Position numbers and translations under genes: made by a program. Shown piece by piece: positions 35,150 through 45,472 of a stretch of DNA of 64,000 nt. Every line of letters starts with the position of its first letter. Position 1 is the first letter of the stretch. Location: sequence record HQ630627.1; one strand, written 5' to 3'. The notes beneath the pieces were generated by a model. It was not told the DNA's origin, did no database searches, and was given only the letters and a program-made list of their open reading frames with translations. The stretch is from Pseudomonas phage PhiPA3.

Positions 35150-37321
35150 TTACCCCGGTAATTTCGGCCAATTAGCATCGGTTGAGTTCTTATAATCGGG
35201 TAAATCACCCGTCTCGTTGGGATTATTCACCGGCTCAATCACTACGCTCCGTACTCCGATATCGCAACCACGGATATAATAGAGTGTGTCCTTAAAGCTG
35301 GTTTCTCGTACCTCAACGAATGGGTTAATTCGCCAACGATCTTCTTGGTCGTAACGATATCGAATATTAGGCGACAAAGCATCGTCGTAGATCCTCCACC
35401 GTTTACTCGATTCCGTGCGATAGGACCTCACATTGATGTTAGCTACAGGCGTAATCAGGTTACCATCCATTAGTGAGGTGATATCCCCTACTCGCGGCAC
35501 CACCATACCCAATACATGGAAATCGGTGAATGCTACGTTTCGCAGATACTGCAACGGGTAACTTGTCAATCTCCCCATCAATGCCAGCAACTCACGTTGA
35601 ATCTGACCTAGAGTAATCACTTCATGTAGGTTAGAACCCGTAGCAATATTGATCGTATCCTGACACAGTTGTTCCAGTTCCGATGTATCTAGATCCAGAA
35701 TGTCAAAAGCCGCTGCTCTGAAATAGGCTTCAAAAGTCATACCTATTTCGGGTACCAGGTCACACTTACGATTCATGTAGTGGTACTTAGTGAGTTGTTC
35801 ACAGTAAGCTCGACTACGTTGATGCTCTTGGAACGAATACATTTCCCATTGGCGCAGGTACTCTTGATGCAGTTTAGCGCAATCTAGATAGAACTGCTCG
35901 GTGGAGATATATTGCTTGAGTGGTGTATGCATGTCCTGAATCGCTTGAATCAGCTTGTCTGAGATCAGGCGTTTAGGTACTGCATTTCTCAACTCAGTAA
36001 AGGTTGGGAAACGATCACGTAGAACATCATAGGCGATCAAACGCGGAATGGTGGGCATGGGGATATCCCGTGCCTTGCAATACGTATAGACCGTTACAAT
36101 CAACGCTGCTCGAACAGACACTGTCATGTACTCACCCGTACGCGGGTTAGGTACCTGAATATAAGCCCGATAACGATCGCTAGTGGCTAGGTGTAACCAT
36201 TCGTTAAGTAATACGGACATTAAAGTCCTTACGTTGGAATTCGAACGGTCAATAACCTCAGAGTCAAAGACTTTGGTTTCCAGAATTGAATACTGGTCGC
36301 TACCCATCTGTTCGACAATTTCTTGCTCGGCATCAAATCGTACAATCGGGTTATCGCGTGCAAGATCATCTTCACGTTCCAGTAGATCAGCAACGGTGAC
36401 TTTCTCTTGACCAGGTTGGACAATCGGGAAGTTCACATCATGCTTCACCATATCTACAGCTGGACGAAGATCTTCTAACATGTCTTCGTTGTTCTGTTCG
36501 ATAGTGTACGAGATTAACGGAATACCCCGTGGCGTGAGAATATTGTCAACCAGACGTTGCCATGTATCTTGTTTGCCGGCGTTACGTTGTATGTAAGCAA
36601 TGTTCCGATATAACCACAATTTCTGACGAATATCCAAATAAGGCATGAACTCGTCAAGTCTACCATGGGAAGCCAGGTACTCGGTGATATGGTAGCTATG
36701 GGCTTTATTAGTCTTTGCGTTACGCAGTCGGATATTCATAATTGCCAGTGGTAATTGGCAATACATATTACCCAAAAACGTAGCCAGGTAAAGATCATCA
36801 GTTAAATTAAACTGACTATTGTACCAACGGTTGATGAAGGTAGTAACCCACTCCTGTAAAAGGAAAGCAAAATTGTCTTCTTGGTCTTCAACATAATCAG
36901 GATCATAGTACAAAATAGTACCATTATTTGAATTGATCGCCGTATTAATGTCGATGGGATAGAGGATTCCGTTGATCAATGGCGTCTGGTCAGGGTACTG
37001 AAGAGCCAGTGCGTTGTAAAGCTGTGAACCAGGATAATATTCCCGTGCAGTAGCACGGTGGAGCGCTAGATTTTCTTTTGTAAAATCTATCAACTCCAGG
37101 GTGTCAGCTGAACGTACTGTCATCATGACATCAGTGGAATGGTATTCCCCCGACATGTTCAGATAGTACTTCCAGGTTTCCGGATGCTCAGGATCGGATT
37201 CAACACCGATCTCTAAGAGTCGATCATTGATCTGCGTGGCGACATCGTCAAACTTAATGACGATAGATCTCGCCAATCTCATGACATCATCACGGTAAAC
37301 ACCAAAATACATGCTACTCAT
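35150..37321 (-). CDS. hypothetical large protein (723 aa)
   Basis: Long ORF divergent from the portal candidate. I found no P-loop or RNA polymerase motifs by eye. Confidence 0.55.
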   Translation of the reverse strand: MSSMYFGVYRDDVMRLARSIVIKFDDVATQINDRLLEIGVESDPEHPETWKYYLNMSGEYHSTDVMMTVRSADTLELIDFTKENLALHRATAREYYPGSQLYNALALQYPDQTPLINGILYPIDINTAINSNNGTILYYDPDYVEDQEDNFAFLLQEWVTTFINRWYNSQFNLTDDLYLATFLGNMYCQLPLAIMNIRLRNAKTNKAHSYHITEYLASHGRLDEFMPYLDIRQKLWLYRNIAYIQRNAGKQDTWQRLVDNILTPRGIPLISYTIEQNNEDMLEDLRPAVDMVKHDVNFPIVQPGQEKVTVADLLEREDDLARDNPIVRFDAEQEIVEQMGSDQYSILETKVFDSEVIDRSNSNVRTLMSVLLNEWLHLATSDRYRAYIQVPNPRTGEYMTVSVRAALIVTVYTYCKARDIPMPTIPRLIAYDVLRDRFPTFTELRNAVPKRLISDKLIQAIQDMHTPLKQYISTEQFYLDCAKLHQEYLRQWEMYSFQEHQRSRAYCEQLTKYHYMNRKCDLVPEIGMTFEAYFRAAAFDILDLDTSELEQLCQDTINIATGSNLHEVITLGQIQRELLALMGRLTSYPLQYLRNVAFTDFHVLGMVVPRVGDITSLMDGNLITPVANINVRSYRTESSKRWRIYDDALSPNIRYRYDQEDRWRINPFVEVRETSFKDTLYYIRGCDIGVRSVVIEPVNNPNETGDLPDYKNSTDANWPKLPG

Positions 37322-37356
37322 GGTAATTTACTCACTTGTTAAATTAGGGGCTTCAA

Positions 37357-40059
37357 ATGGCTCAACGTCAAGTTAATGAGGTGGCGTATCCGAAGCTACA
37401 GGCGATCCGCTTGGGATCAACTGCAACGCCGACGAACGCACTCCTCAACCTTCTGCGTAAGGATCCAAACGCATTGGGTACGGAAGCCGCGAAACCTCGG
37501 GTTAACGTAAATCGTTTCACCCTGGACAAGGTTTCGCGCGACACCTCACAAGAGATCATCGATAGCGACTCTATTATGCAGTTGCTCCCTGACCTTGAGT
37601 TGGTGGAGACTGTATATGTAGGTTCGATTATCGACCCGAAGGCATTGTCAGATACTGATTTGACCTTCTCTGTCGATCAGGCTATTTTCGACAGTGAACT
37701 CTCCAAACACCTGCTTGAGCCTGTTGAGAAGTATTTTAAACGAGACTATAAGATTGACGAGCGCTTGGACCTGATCCTACGCGATTGTTTGTTCCGTAAA
37801 GGCGCTTCGATCCTAGCCGTTCTTCCCGAGAACGTACTAGATAATCTTATTAATGGTCGTCGTCAGGTTTCTATGGAGACCTTCGAACAGATCCGTAATC
37901 GCGTAGAGAATACTACTACTGATAACCTCGGGTTTTTGGGGCATCCCACTGATCAAACTATCTCGTTGGAGGGTTACGCTAATAACGCTACCACCAACCG
38001 GATACGCGGTGACAAACATCTTACCGTCACCGATAACTTCAACGTTTTGAAAGTCCCTGGGATGTCCCGCCGTGTACGCGAGATGTCAATCGCGAAGAAA
38101 CTTCGCGGTAACCAGGTTTCTTTGGAAGCTGAGGTACATAACTTCGGCAACGATGAAATCGAGAAGCTGTATCAGAGTCGCTTAGGGGGTACGGAACATA
38201 CACAAGTTGTAACGTCTCCTCGTTACATGGACCGTCCTTCGGTTGGCCATCCGCTGATCCTACCGTTACCAATGGAATCGGTCGTACCGGTGTTTGTTCA
38301 AGGTCGTCCTCATGAACATATTGGTTATTTCCTGTTGGTGGACCAACATGGTTATCCTATTTCGAAAGATTCGACCCGCGACTTCTATGGTGAACTGCAA
38401 GCTGGTTGGAAAGGTGGTAAGAACTCAGATAACAACTCCGAAGTTCTGCGACTGACCCGCGAAGCATTGGGTAACAATACTAAGCGACAAGATTTTGAAA
38501 TTGATGAGATCCAACAAACGTACAACGCTATTATCGTGAACGATCTGAACAACCGTCTGCGTAATGGCATGTACGACCAAGAACTGGAAATTGGGATCAC
38601 TGAAGAAATTCAGCGGATCATGCTCTATCGTTCTTGGAAAGCTAAGAATACTCAACTGGTATTCATTCCAGCAGAACTACTCACCTACATTGCTTTTGAC
38701 TATAATGTCAATGGTATCGGTGAGACGTTGCTGTCTCGGTCAAAAATGATCGCCACTATGCGTTCGACTCTGCTCATGGCCGAGACCATCGGCGGGATGC
38801 GTAACGCGGTAGGTCGTAAACGAGTGAATATCACACTCGATCCAGATGACGTTGATCCGGAACAAACGATCTCAAATATTCAATCCAACATCATGGAATC
38901 TGCACATCGTAGTTTCCCGTTGGCCGCTCCAGACCCTACTCAGGCAATGGACCACCTAATCCGTTCTGGCTTTGATTTTGCCATCAATACCAATGGTGCT
39001 GATTATGCAGAGACCAAAGTTGAATACGATGATTACAACACATCGGTAAACGCAGGTAATCCAGACCTGCAAGACCGTCTGCGTCGTATGCATATTTCGG
39101 GTATGGGTGTACCACCTGAGAAAGTGGATCCGATGTCTTCACCGGACTTCGCAACATCGGTGGTACAAAACGACCTCGTAATGTCCCGTCGTGTACGCGA
39201 TAAACAGAAGACATTCTGTCAACATCTGTCTAAGTTCATCCGTTCGTTCGTTACTCACAGTTCCATCATCCGTGAAGAATTGAACAAGATTGTAACAGAC
39301 AATGCTAAGATGTTGATTTCCCCAGAATTCAAACACATGACCGTACAGGAAGTGGTGGATGAATTCATCCTGTCGATCGAAGTTTCCCTACCGACTCCTG
39401 ACAACACGCAACATGAGCGTCAGTCTGAAGCATTGGAGAACTATGATCGCCTGCTGACTACTGCATTGGAATCGTATATCACTCCGGAACTATTCCCGGA
39501 TGAACTGACTCAGATTCCTGGATTGACAGACCAAGTCATGAATCATGTGAAAGCAATGTTCAAACGCCAGTTCATGGCACAGAACAATATTCTGCCGGAA
39601 CTGAATATCTTGACTGAGATGGACGGTGATAAACCGGCATTTAGTCTGTTGGACTTCGCAGCACTGCAACAAGGTACAATGGCGAAAGCCTTCTTGGCCT
39701 TTGCCAAGCATACACAGGAATCCAAACTCCATCTGGAGAAACTCTATAAGAACGTTATCGAAGGTAACGACGAGAACGGAATTACTCCTGGTGGCGGTGG
39801 TGATTTTGGGGGTGGCAATGACTTCGGTGGTGGAGACGAGTTCTCTAACATCGATGAAGGTGGTGGTGATATGGACCTGGGTGTCGATGGTGGCACTGGG
39901 GACGGCAGCGAGCAATCCGATGATTTCGGTGCTCCTGAATCGGATGTACTTGATGAGGGTACAGAAACCGATGAAGACAAACCACAAACCGATGGACTCG
40001 AAGACCCAATGGCTGAGGCGGAAGCTGAAGAAAACGGGAAAGACGAGGACAAGTTGTAA
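37357..40059 (+). CDS. candidate portal protein (900 aa) with Gly/Asp-rich acidic C-terminal tail
   Basis: The assignment rests on size and position: it lies between the major capsid protein block and the fibre paralog array, as the phiKZ portal gp129 lies before gp131-135. No sequence-level proof is possible by eye. Confidence 0.35.
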   Translation: MAQRQVNEVAYPKLQAIRLGSTATPTNALLNLLRKDPNALGTEAAKPRVNVNRFTLDKVSRDTSQEIIDSDSIMQLLPDLELVETVYVGSIIDPKALSDTDLTFSVDQAIFDSELSKHLLEPVEKYFKRDYKIDERLDLILRDCLFRKGASILAVLPENVLDNLINGRRQVSMETFEQIRNRVENTTTDNLGFLGHPTDQTISLEGYANNATTNRIRGDKHLTVTDNFNVLKVPGMSRRVREMSIAKKLRGNQVSLEAEVHNFGNDEIEKLYQSRLGGTEHTQVVTSPRYMDRPSVGHPLILPLPMESVVPVFVQGRPHEHIGYFLLVDQHGYPISKDSTRDFYGELQAGWKGGKNSDNNSEVLRLTREALGNNTKRQDFEIDEIQQTYNAIIVNDLNNRLRNGMYDQELEIGITEEIQRIMLYRSWKAKNTQLVFIPAELLTYIAFDYNVNGIGETLLSRSKMIATMRSTLLMAETIGGMRNAVGRKRVNITLDPDDVDPEQTISNIQSNIMESAHRSFPLAAPDPTQAMDHLIRSGFDFAINTNGADYAETKVEYDDYNTSVNAGNPDLQDRLRRMHISGMGVPPEKVDPMSSPDFATSVVQNDLVMSRRVRDKQKTFCQHLSKFIRSFVTHSSIIREELNKIVTDNAKMLISPEFKHMTVQEVVDEFILSIEVSLPTPDNTQHERQSEALENYDRLLTTALESYITPELFPDELTQIPGLTDQVMNHVKAMFKRQFMAQNNILPELNILTEMDGDKPAFSLLDFAALQQGTMAKAFLAFAKHTQESKLHLEKLYKNVIEGNDENGITPGGGGDFGGGNDFGGGDEFSNIDEGGGDMDLGVDGGTGDGSEQSDDFGAPESDVLDEGTETDEDKPQTDGLEDPMAEAEAEENGKDEDKL

Positions 40060-40069
40060 CGACATAAAA

Positions 40070-40089
40070 GCCCCACCTTCGGGTGGGGC
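40070..40089. terminator. bidirectional hairpin gccccacc-ttcg-ggtggggc + TTTATGCTC
   Basis: It lies between convergent gene ends 40059 (+) and 40101 (-). Confidence 0.65.
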
Positions 40090-40100
40090 TTTATGCTCTC

Positions 40101-41405
40101 TTAACCTTCTACACCCATCACACGGAAAAATGCAGTCTCATCTCTAAAGGGATGAGCCGGATAACGACCACCATTAATGATTCCTTGCTGTGTCCAGTTC
40201 ATGTGTTCGGCATCGTAATCGTGACGAACATTACGGGTGGCACAGTACACGTACATGGGTTCTTTATCAGGTACCAAATACGTTTCATGGGGTTCATGAA
40301 TTGTGTGATAATCAAGCATCCGACCGTACGCGCCAACCATCGGTAGACGGTTGTATGTCTCGTCGATAAACCGACCCGGTAGATTCAGATATTCGACAGG
40401 CTCATATCCATGGAAGAAAGTCGGGCTATCCACAATAACAAAGAACGTCTGCGATAAAGTAAGGTATGCTCGAATAACGGCATCATTTTTGAGTTCGTTA
40501 ACTACAAACTCCGTAGGATCATTAGCATTGATGGTTAACCCTAAACTAGATAGATCCATACAGCGAGCCGATTCAATATAACGGTCTAGGAACATCATTT
40601 TACCGAAGCTGATTCGCCATGTCCGTTCTGCTACACGGGTATACACGTTAGACAAAACGTTTAAATAACCGCCTGTTACCAACAATACTGTTTTATTAGT
40701 CAGATCGACACCAGCTGGCATTGTCAGATATGCACCATCCCACAGTGGAGCAGTTTCACCTTGTGAGGTGATCATTTCATCAGTCACGGGGATGTATGTC
40801 AGCTTACCAATGGTCTCAAACGAATAGATTCCAATTTGGTTATCGTTCGAACGGCGCAGTGTAGTATTACCGTCAATGACTCGAACTCCAGCATCAGTCC
40901 AATCTGTCAGATGGAACATGCCGTTAACCGTCACCATGCTGTAATCACGTATCTTTTGTGGAGCATGCTTGGGATGGGTCAGCAGTAGATCTTGCTTCTC
41001 GAATTTAGAAATCTGTTGATCAACATGCCCATTGGTGGCGACCGGTTGAACATTATAGCCGCAGTGCCATGCTTGAGCATATTTCACTAATCGAACATCC
41101 TCGTTCGGTAGAGTAGCATCAAATGGCAGAGTTCGATTACCAAGGCTGGTCAACCATTGCTGAACAGTGACTGTCGTATCAACCTCGTTTAACCAGTTGA
41201 TGACATTATCCCAATGCAGTGCCTTTTGTACCGCACCACCAGTACCAGGATACTCGATATAAAGGTAGACATCACCGTATTTAGCGGAGAGAGTAGTCAC
41301 TAGCTCGTTGGCAAGATTCGCCTCAATCCAGCGTCCGGCGCGGCGATCAAGCCGATACCTTGCACGTACTAAAGTGTACATTTTGCCTCCGGATGAAAAG
41401 ATCAA
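40101..41405 (-). CDS. hypothetical protein (434 aa)
   Basis: Long ORF. Confidence 0.5.
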   Translation of the reverse strand: MIFSSGGKMYTLVRARYRLDRRAGRWIEANLANELVTTLSAKYGDVYLYIEYPGTGGAVQKALHWDNVINWLNEVDTTVTVQQWLTSLGNRTLPFDATLPNEDVRLVKYAQAWHCGYNVQPVATNGHVDQQISKFEKQDLLLTHPKHAPQKIRDYSMVTVNGMFHLTDWTDAGVRVIDGNTTLRRSNDNQIGIYSFETIGKLTYIPVTDEMITSQGETAPLWDGAYLTMPAGVDLTNKTVLLVTGGYLNVLSNVYTRVAERTWRISFGKMMFLDRYIESARCMDLSSLGLTINANDPTEFVVNELKNDAVIRAYLTLSQTFFVIVDSPTFFHGYEPVEYLNLPGRFIDETYNRLPMVGAYGRMLDYHTIHEPHETYLVPDKEPMYVYCATRNVRHDYDAEHMNWTQQGIINGGRYPAHPFRDETAFFRVMGVEG

Positions 41406-41414
41406 ACAATCTTA

Positions 41415-41427
41415 TGTGAATTTCACA
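41415..41427. promoter_or_regulatory. 13-bp perfect palindrome TGTGAATTTCACA in divergent intergenic region
   Basis: An operator-like dyad between the minus-strand 40101..41405 gene and the + strand fibre array. Confidence 0.35.
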
Positions 41428-41472
41428 TCATTACGCTAACAACCGCGCACTAGCGCTTCAAAGGAGGGCGCG

Positions 41473-43689
41473 ATGTCCACCGTTAGTACAACAGGCCTTT
41501 ATGATGAGGATCTGCACGGGACTAACCCCGCTAACCTCATTACTAATGAACTGCAAACTTTGCAGATTCCAGGCCCGAACGACTTCTACTTCATCATTCC
41601 GAAGGCCGCGCCGTTCTTTGTAGACTCTCTCGAAGTTTATAACGCTCAGACGGGCGTTAAATACGTAGAAGGCTCTGATTACATTGTCGGCCACCGTTTC
41701 GTAGAAGCGATGGAATCGATCGGTCGTCCGATCGCTGGTAGTATCCGTTTCATGAAACGGACTATTACTGGACAGGTAAGACTTAAATATCGGACGATTG
41801 GTGGTCAATGGGGCTTTAGTGACGCCGCTATTTTGGCCGAGCTGTCCCGTAAGCAATACAACCCACTCATTCGTAGTTGGGGTGATATTGACGTATTGCC
41901 GGCTTCATTCCCGGCATTGCAGCATGACCAATCTGTTGACAGTTTGGTGGGTTCGGAAGAAATTAATGCTTCCCTTAATCGGATTGCTGACATTCTGGAA
42001 GCAACTGCCTCTGGTACAACTGAAAGTCACTTGAAGGATTTTAATAACCCGCACCAAGTGACTAAGCAACAGGTACAGTTGGGTAACGTCCCGAACTACC
42101 TGATGGCTTCAGATCAACAACACATTGATGCTGCTCGTAACGATCTGTTTACCAACCCGCGTGGCGTGAAGCTGTCGATCCAAGAGTTTGCACTCAAACC
42201 TTTGAATGCTCACATTGCAGCAACTGGCAACGTGCATGGACTGACTACCAAGGATATTGGTCTGGAGAAGGTCCCGAACTATCCGGCTGCTACTGCACAA
42301 CAGGCTACGGATCCGACTAATAATGCAACGTTGATGACTCCGTACACAACGTCGCTATTAATCCAAGCACAACAGGCCGACCCGCGTTTAGATCAACTTA
42401 TTGCCGATTTCAACGCGCACTTGGCAGCAACCAACCCGCACAACATCGATCCACACATGATCGGTACTCTGTCAGAGGCTGAGATTCGTGCGCTGGTCCA
42501 ACAGGGTGGAGCTGGTGGTGATGCTACCACGTTCGGTGGAGAAACCCCTACTGACTGGGAAGCCAAATTCCCGGCAGTTGCCGACATTAATATAATTCTG
42601 GATGAACTGGCCACTACAGTTCAAGCAGGCGTTACGGCATTAACAGTCGTTGACGTAACCGATCCAGTTACCCCTGGTGATGAGACAGAGCACAAGATGC
42701 AACTGGCGACATGGGGCGAAGCTGGATATGGAGCGTATGCGATTTATAACGCCTTGGGTAACGTTCAGTATGTTGCATCCACTGACGCTGCTGGTTATCC
42801 AACAACGGTTCAATCACTGGGTCCGCTACAATGGGGTAGCACGCTCGATGCTAACTACATGTTGGACGCTCAAGGCGCATTGCGTTCTTGGGGTACTGCA
42901 AAAGTTGCTATTCCGACTGCGTATGCTTCGGGTAGTGGTTTCGTAGCGGCTAACAAAATGAATCAGATCTGGGTCACCAAAGGTGCAGTCTATGCTGTAT
43001 TGGCGAGTGCGGCCTCTGGTGCGATTGTCTTCCAAGGTGGTAACCCGTCTCCGGTTCTAGCGGGTCTGGTTATCACGGATATGTGGTTAGGACAGAGTAT
43101 CGTTGATACCCGTCGCATTGGTATTGCTGAGTCTGATGATGGCACCGATACACCGGTTTACACAGCTTTCGGTGATTCTTCTTTCGTCACAGCGATGACA
43201 GCACAACTCAATACCTTTAAATCACTCGGTAAGATCGAAGATATCCGTATCCTGGATAATTACATTGTGATTATAGGCACGAAGACTGGTTCGGCAGTGG
43301 GTAAGACGATGGTTGTTCTTCAAATCAACTACGGCGCCAACATTACACTGACCGATGTTACTACGACGTTTGATGTCTATAACCACCAGACCGGATTGAG
43401 CGTGAAGGCTAATACACTGAACCAGCTCGACGCCATCTCTGGTAATTATGGTCACGCTGTTATCACTCGCCAAATTGTTGGCACTGAGATCATGGAACTG
43501 TACAGCTTCGGTTCTAGTTCCAATGGTCAACGCTATATTCCGGGAACAGCTGGTCCGTTCTTGGCGGCTATGGCAGGCTTTGATTACACGGTGACTGTGG
43601 ATGCTACGAACTATGTGCAGTTCTGGGGTGACTCTCCTGATAACTCACTGCTCTGGCCTAACGGTCGTTACATTATTCCGGGAGGCTAA
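41473..43689 (+). CDS. fibre-like structural protein, paralog 1 (738 aa) with NNPHQ-TK-Q-LG and HIAATGNVHG repeat motifs
   Basis: It shares an N-terminal domain and H.xD.NNPH..TK..LGL..V.N...AT..QA repeats with the next three genes. It is in the phiKZ gp131-135-like position. Confidence 0.5.
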   Translation: MSTVSTTGLYDEDLHGTNPANLITNELQTLQIPGPNDFYFIIPKAAPFFVDSLEVYNAQTGVKYVEGSDYIVGHRFVEAMESIGRPIAGSIRFMKRTITGQVRLKYRTIGGQWGFSDAAILAELSRKQYNPLIRSWGDIDVLPASFPALQHDQSVDSLVGSEEINASLNRIADILEATASGTTESHLKDFNNPHQVTKQQVQLGNVPNYLMASDQQHIDAARNDLFTNPRGVKLSIQEFALKPLNAHIAATGNVHGLTTKDIGLEKVPNYPAATAQQATDPTNNATLMTPYTTSLLIQAQQADPRLDQLIADFNAHLAATNPHNIDPHMIGTLSEAEIRALVQQGGAGGDATTFGGETPTDWEAKFPAVADINIILDELATTVQAGVTALTVVDVTDPVTPGDETEHKMQLATWGEAGYGAYAIYNALGNVQYVASTDAAGYPTTVQSLGPLQWGSTLDANYMLDAQGALRSWGTAKVAIPTAYASGSGFVAANKMNQIWVTKGAVYAVLASAASGAIVFQGGNPSPVLAGLVITDMWLGQSIVDTRRIGIAESDDGTDTPVYTAFGDSSFVTAMTAQLNTFKSLGKIEDIRILDNYIVIIGTKTGSAVGKTMVVLQINYGANITLTDVTTTFDVYNHQTGLSVKANTLNQLDAISGNYGHAVITRQIVGTEIMELYSFGSSSNGQRYIPGTAGPFLAAMAGFDYTVTVDATNYVQFWGDSPDNSLLWPNGRYIIPGG

Positions 43690-43693
43690 ATAA

Positions 43694-44017
43694 ATGGCTA
43701 TTGCTGATTTTCGGGTCAAGCTGGAGTTCTTGAAAGGTGTTCTTTCTAACTACCAGAACTTGATCACTAATAAATTCGCAACGGTTCGTGATCGCCTTAA
43801 TGCACATACCAGTGCTACAGGTAATGTGCACGATATGGAAGCAGAAGACATTGGTTTGGGACAGGTACCCAACTATCCTCCTGCTACCACGCAGCAAGCC
43901 ACTGATGGAATCAGCAACAACTCGTTGATGACTCCTAAAAGGGTAGATGACTATGTTGCCACGAATATCTTCCAAGTGATCGAAACTGCGTTCAACGACG
44001 CTGCTGATCGATTGTAA
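43694..44017 (+). CDS. 107-aa mini-paralog carrying a single copy of the fibre repeat (LNAHTSATGNVHDMEAEDIGLGQVPNYPPATTQQATD)
   Basis: Its sequence is similar to the repeat unit of the neighbouring genes. Confidence 0.4.
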   Translation: MAIADFRVKLEFLKGVLSNYQNLITNKFATVRDRLNAHTSATGNVHDMEAEDIGLGQVPNYPPATTQQATDGISNNSLMTPKRVDDYVATNIFQVIETAFNDAADRL

Positions 44018-44043
44018 CTACCCTGGCAGCAGAAGGAGTCACT

Positions 44044-45462
44044 GTGGCTAACACGGTGATTCCTTCTGTTGTTATTTGTTCGGAGTCAATCATGACCGAT
44101 ACGTATGTTTCACTACCTCTAGACAAAACGGGTCGTGACCCGAATAACCTGATGGGTAGTGAAGAACACACCCTTGTAGCTACACCCAATTTTCCGTACA
44201 AAATTATCACCCTTTACCATGGCGGCTTTTACCTGAGAGATCTTCGTGTATACGACGCTCAGTACAAGCGCCTGGTTAAAGATGTCGACTACATTGTGAC
44301 CTACTACCATAAGGACGCAAGCGAATACATTGGTCTGGACATTTGTTCAGCGATTGTATTCTTGGACAAAACCCGCACGGGTAAAGTCTATACGTCTGCT
44401 CAAATGGTCGGTGGTGATCTGGCCTTTAGCTTTACAGTGGTTAACGATTACGTTCAGTTCTATCGTAGTAAACCAGCTAACTATATTCCGGTCAGTAAAG
44501 ACTACAACGGTAACGAACCGATCTGGAAACCCGGTGAACTGGAAGCTGAACGATGGCATTTGGATACCTATCAACCATTTAACAATGAGTTAGATCGGAT
44601 TGCAAGGGCTATTACTGGTTCTATCGGTGACTATGAGACCGATTACCATAACAACGTCGTATCAGCTTATAACCAGTTCATGGCACGGTTTGATAATCGT
44701 TTAGATAATCACATCAACGATAAAAACAACCCGCACCAAGATAATAAATCTCAGACTGAGATTGGATTACCGCGTCTTCAGAACTTCAAGGTCGCAACTC
44801 AAGCTGAAGCGAATGCCGCTGCATCAAATACACTGTACTTGACCCCAAAACTCTCTGCCGGTATCGTCACCACATTAGCCTTGACGCCTCTGAACAACCA
44901 CATCAATTCGACTGGGAACGTTCACCGAGTAACCCTGGCTCAGCTAAACACCCCTAGCAAAGATACTGTAGATGCTACAGTGAACACGAAGTACCTGCGT
45001 AACGAGACAGTGGAGGGGGCTAACTTAGGACTCTTCAATGGCGGTTATCGTGATTGGAACTACATGTCCACTGAGTTTCGTCGTAACATTCCAGCACAGA
45101 ACTTTGTAGCAGGTGGTGCGAATGGTTACATGCCTCCTAGACGTATCGGTAGGGGTAATCCTGATGGGAACTCAGCCATGCACTCGGATGGTAGTTGGTG
45201 GTCATGGCCAGCCATTTTCGCAAGGTATGGTACTACTACCCGATCAGCAGTGTACATTATGACCATGGGGAACGTTACACCAGCCCAAGCGCATGCTATC
45301 GCCACCAGTCAATCTTTTGCATATACCGCCCCTATCGGCTCTATCATCTTCTACAACCTCAACGAAACTCTAACATGGGGTCGTGGTAACGGTACATTCA
45401 CCGAGACTCACGTTCAGACGTTCGGTTCGATGAAAACTGCCAGTGGGTGGGTACAACTTTAA
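44044..45462 (+). CDS. fibre-like structural protein, paralog 2 (472 aa)
   Basis: Conserved N-terminal domain (LPLD.TG....N, GGFY, DY....Y, Q.VGG) and NNPHQ repeats. Confidence 0.5.
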   Translation: MANTVIPSVVICSESIMTDTYVSLPLDKTGRDPNNLMGSEEHTLVATPNFPYKIITLYHGGFYLRDLRVYDAQYKRLVKDVDYIVTYYHKDASEYIGLDICSAIVFLDKTRTGKVYTSAQMVGGDLAFSFTVVNDYVQFYRSKPANYIPVSKDYNGNEPIWKPGELEAERWHLDTYQPFNNELDRIARAITGSIGDYETDYHNNVVSAYNQFMARFDNRLDNHINDKNNPHQDNKSQTEIGLPRLQNFKVATQAEANAAASNTLYLTPKLSAGIVTTLALTPLNNHINSTGNVHRVTLAQLNTPSKDTVDATVNTKYLRNETVEGANLGLFNGGYRDWNYMSTEFRRNIPAQNFVAGGANGYMPPRRIGRGNPDGNSAMHSDGSWWSWPAIFARYGTTTRSAVYIMTMGNVTPAQAHAIATSQSFAYTAPIGSIIFYNLNETLTWGRGNGTFTETHVQTFGSMKTASGWVQL

Positions 45463-45472
45463 GGACTTCGTA

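Noticed and set aside
35150-37321. 723-aa protein as terminase or RNA polymerase subunit
   Set aside because: I found no P-loop, no NADFDGD or beta-subunit signature by eye, so I left it as hypothetical.
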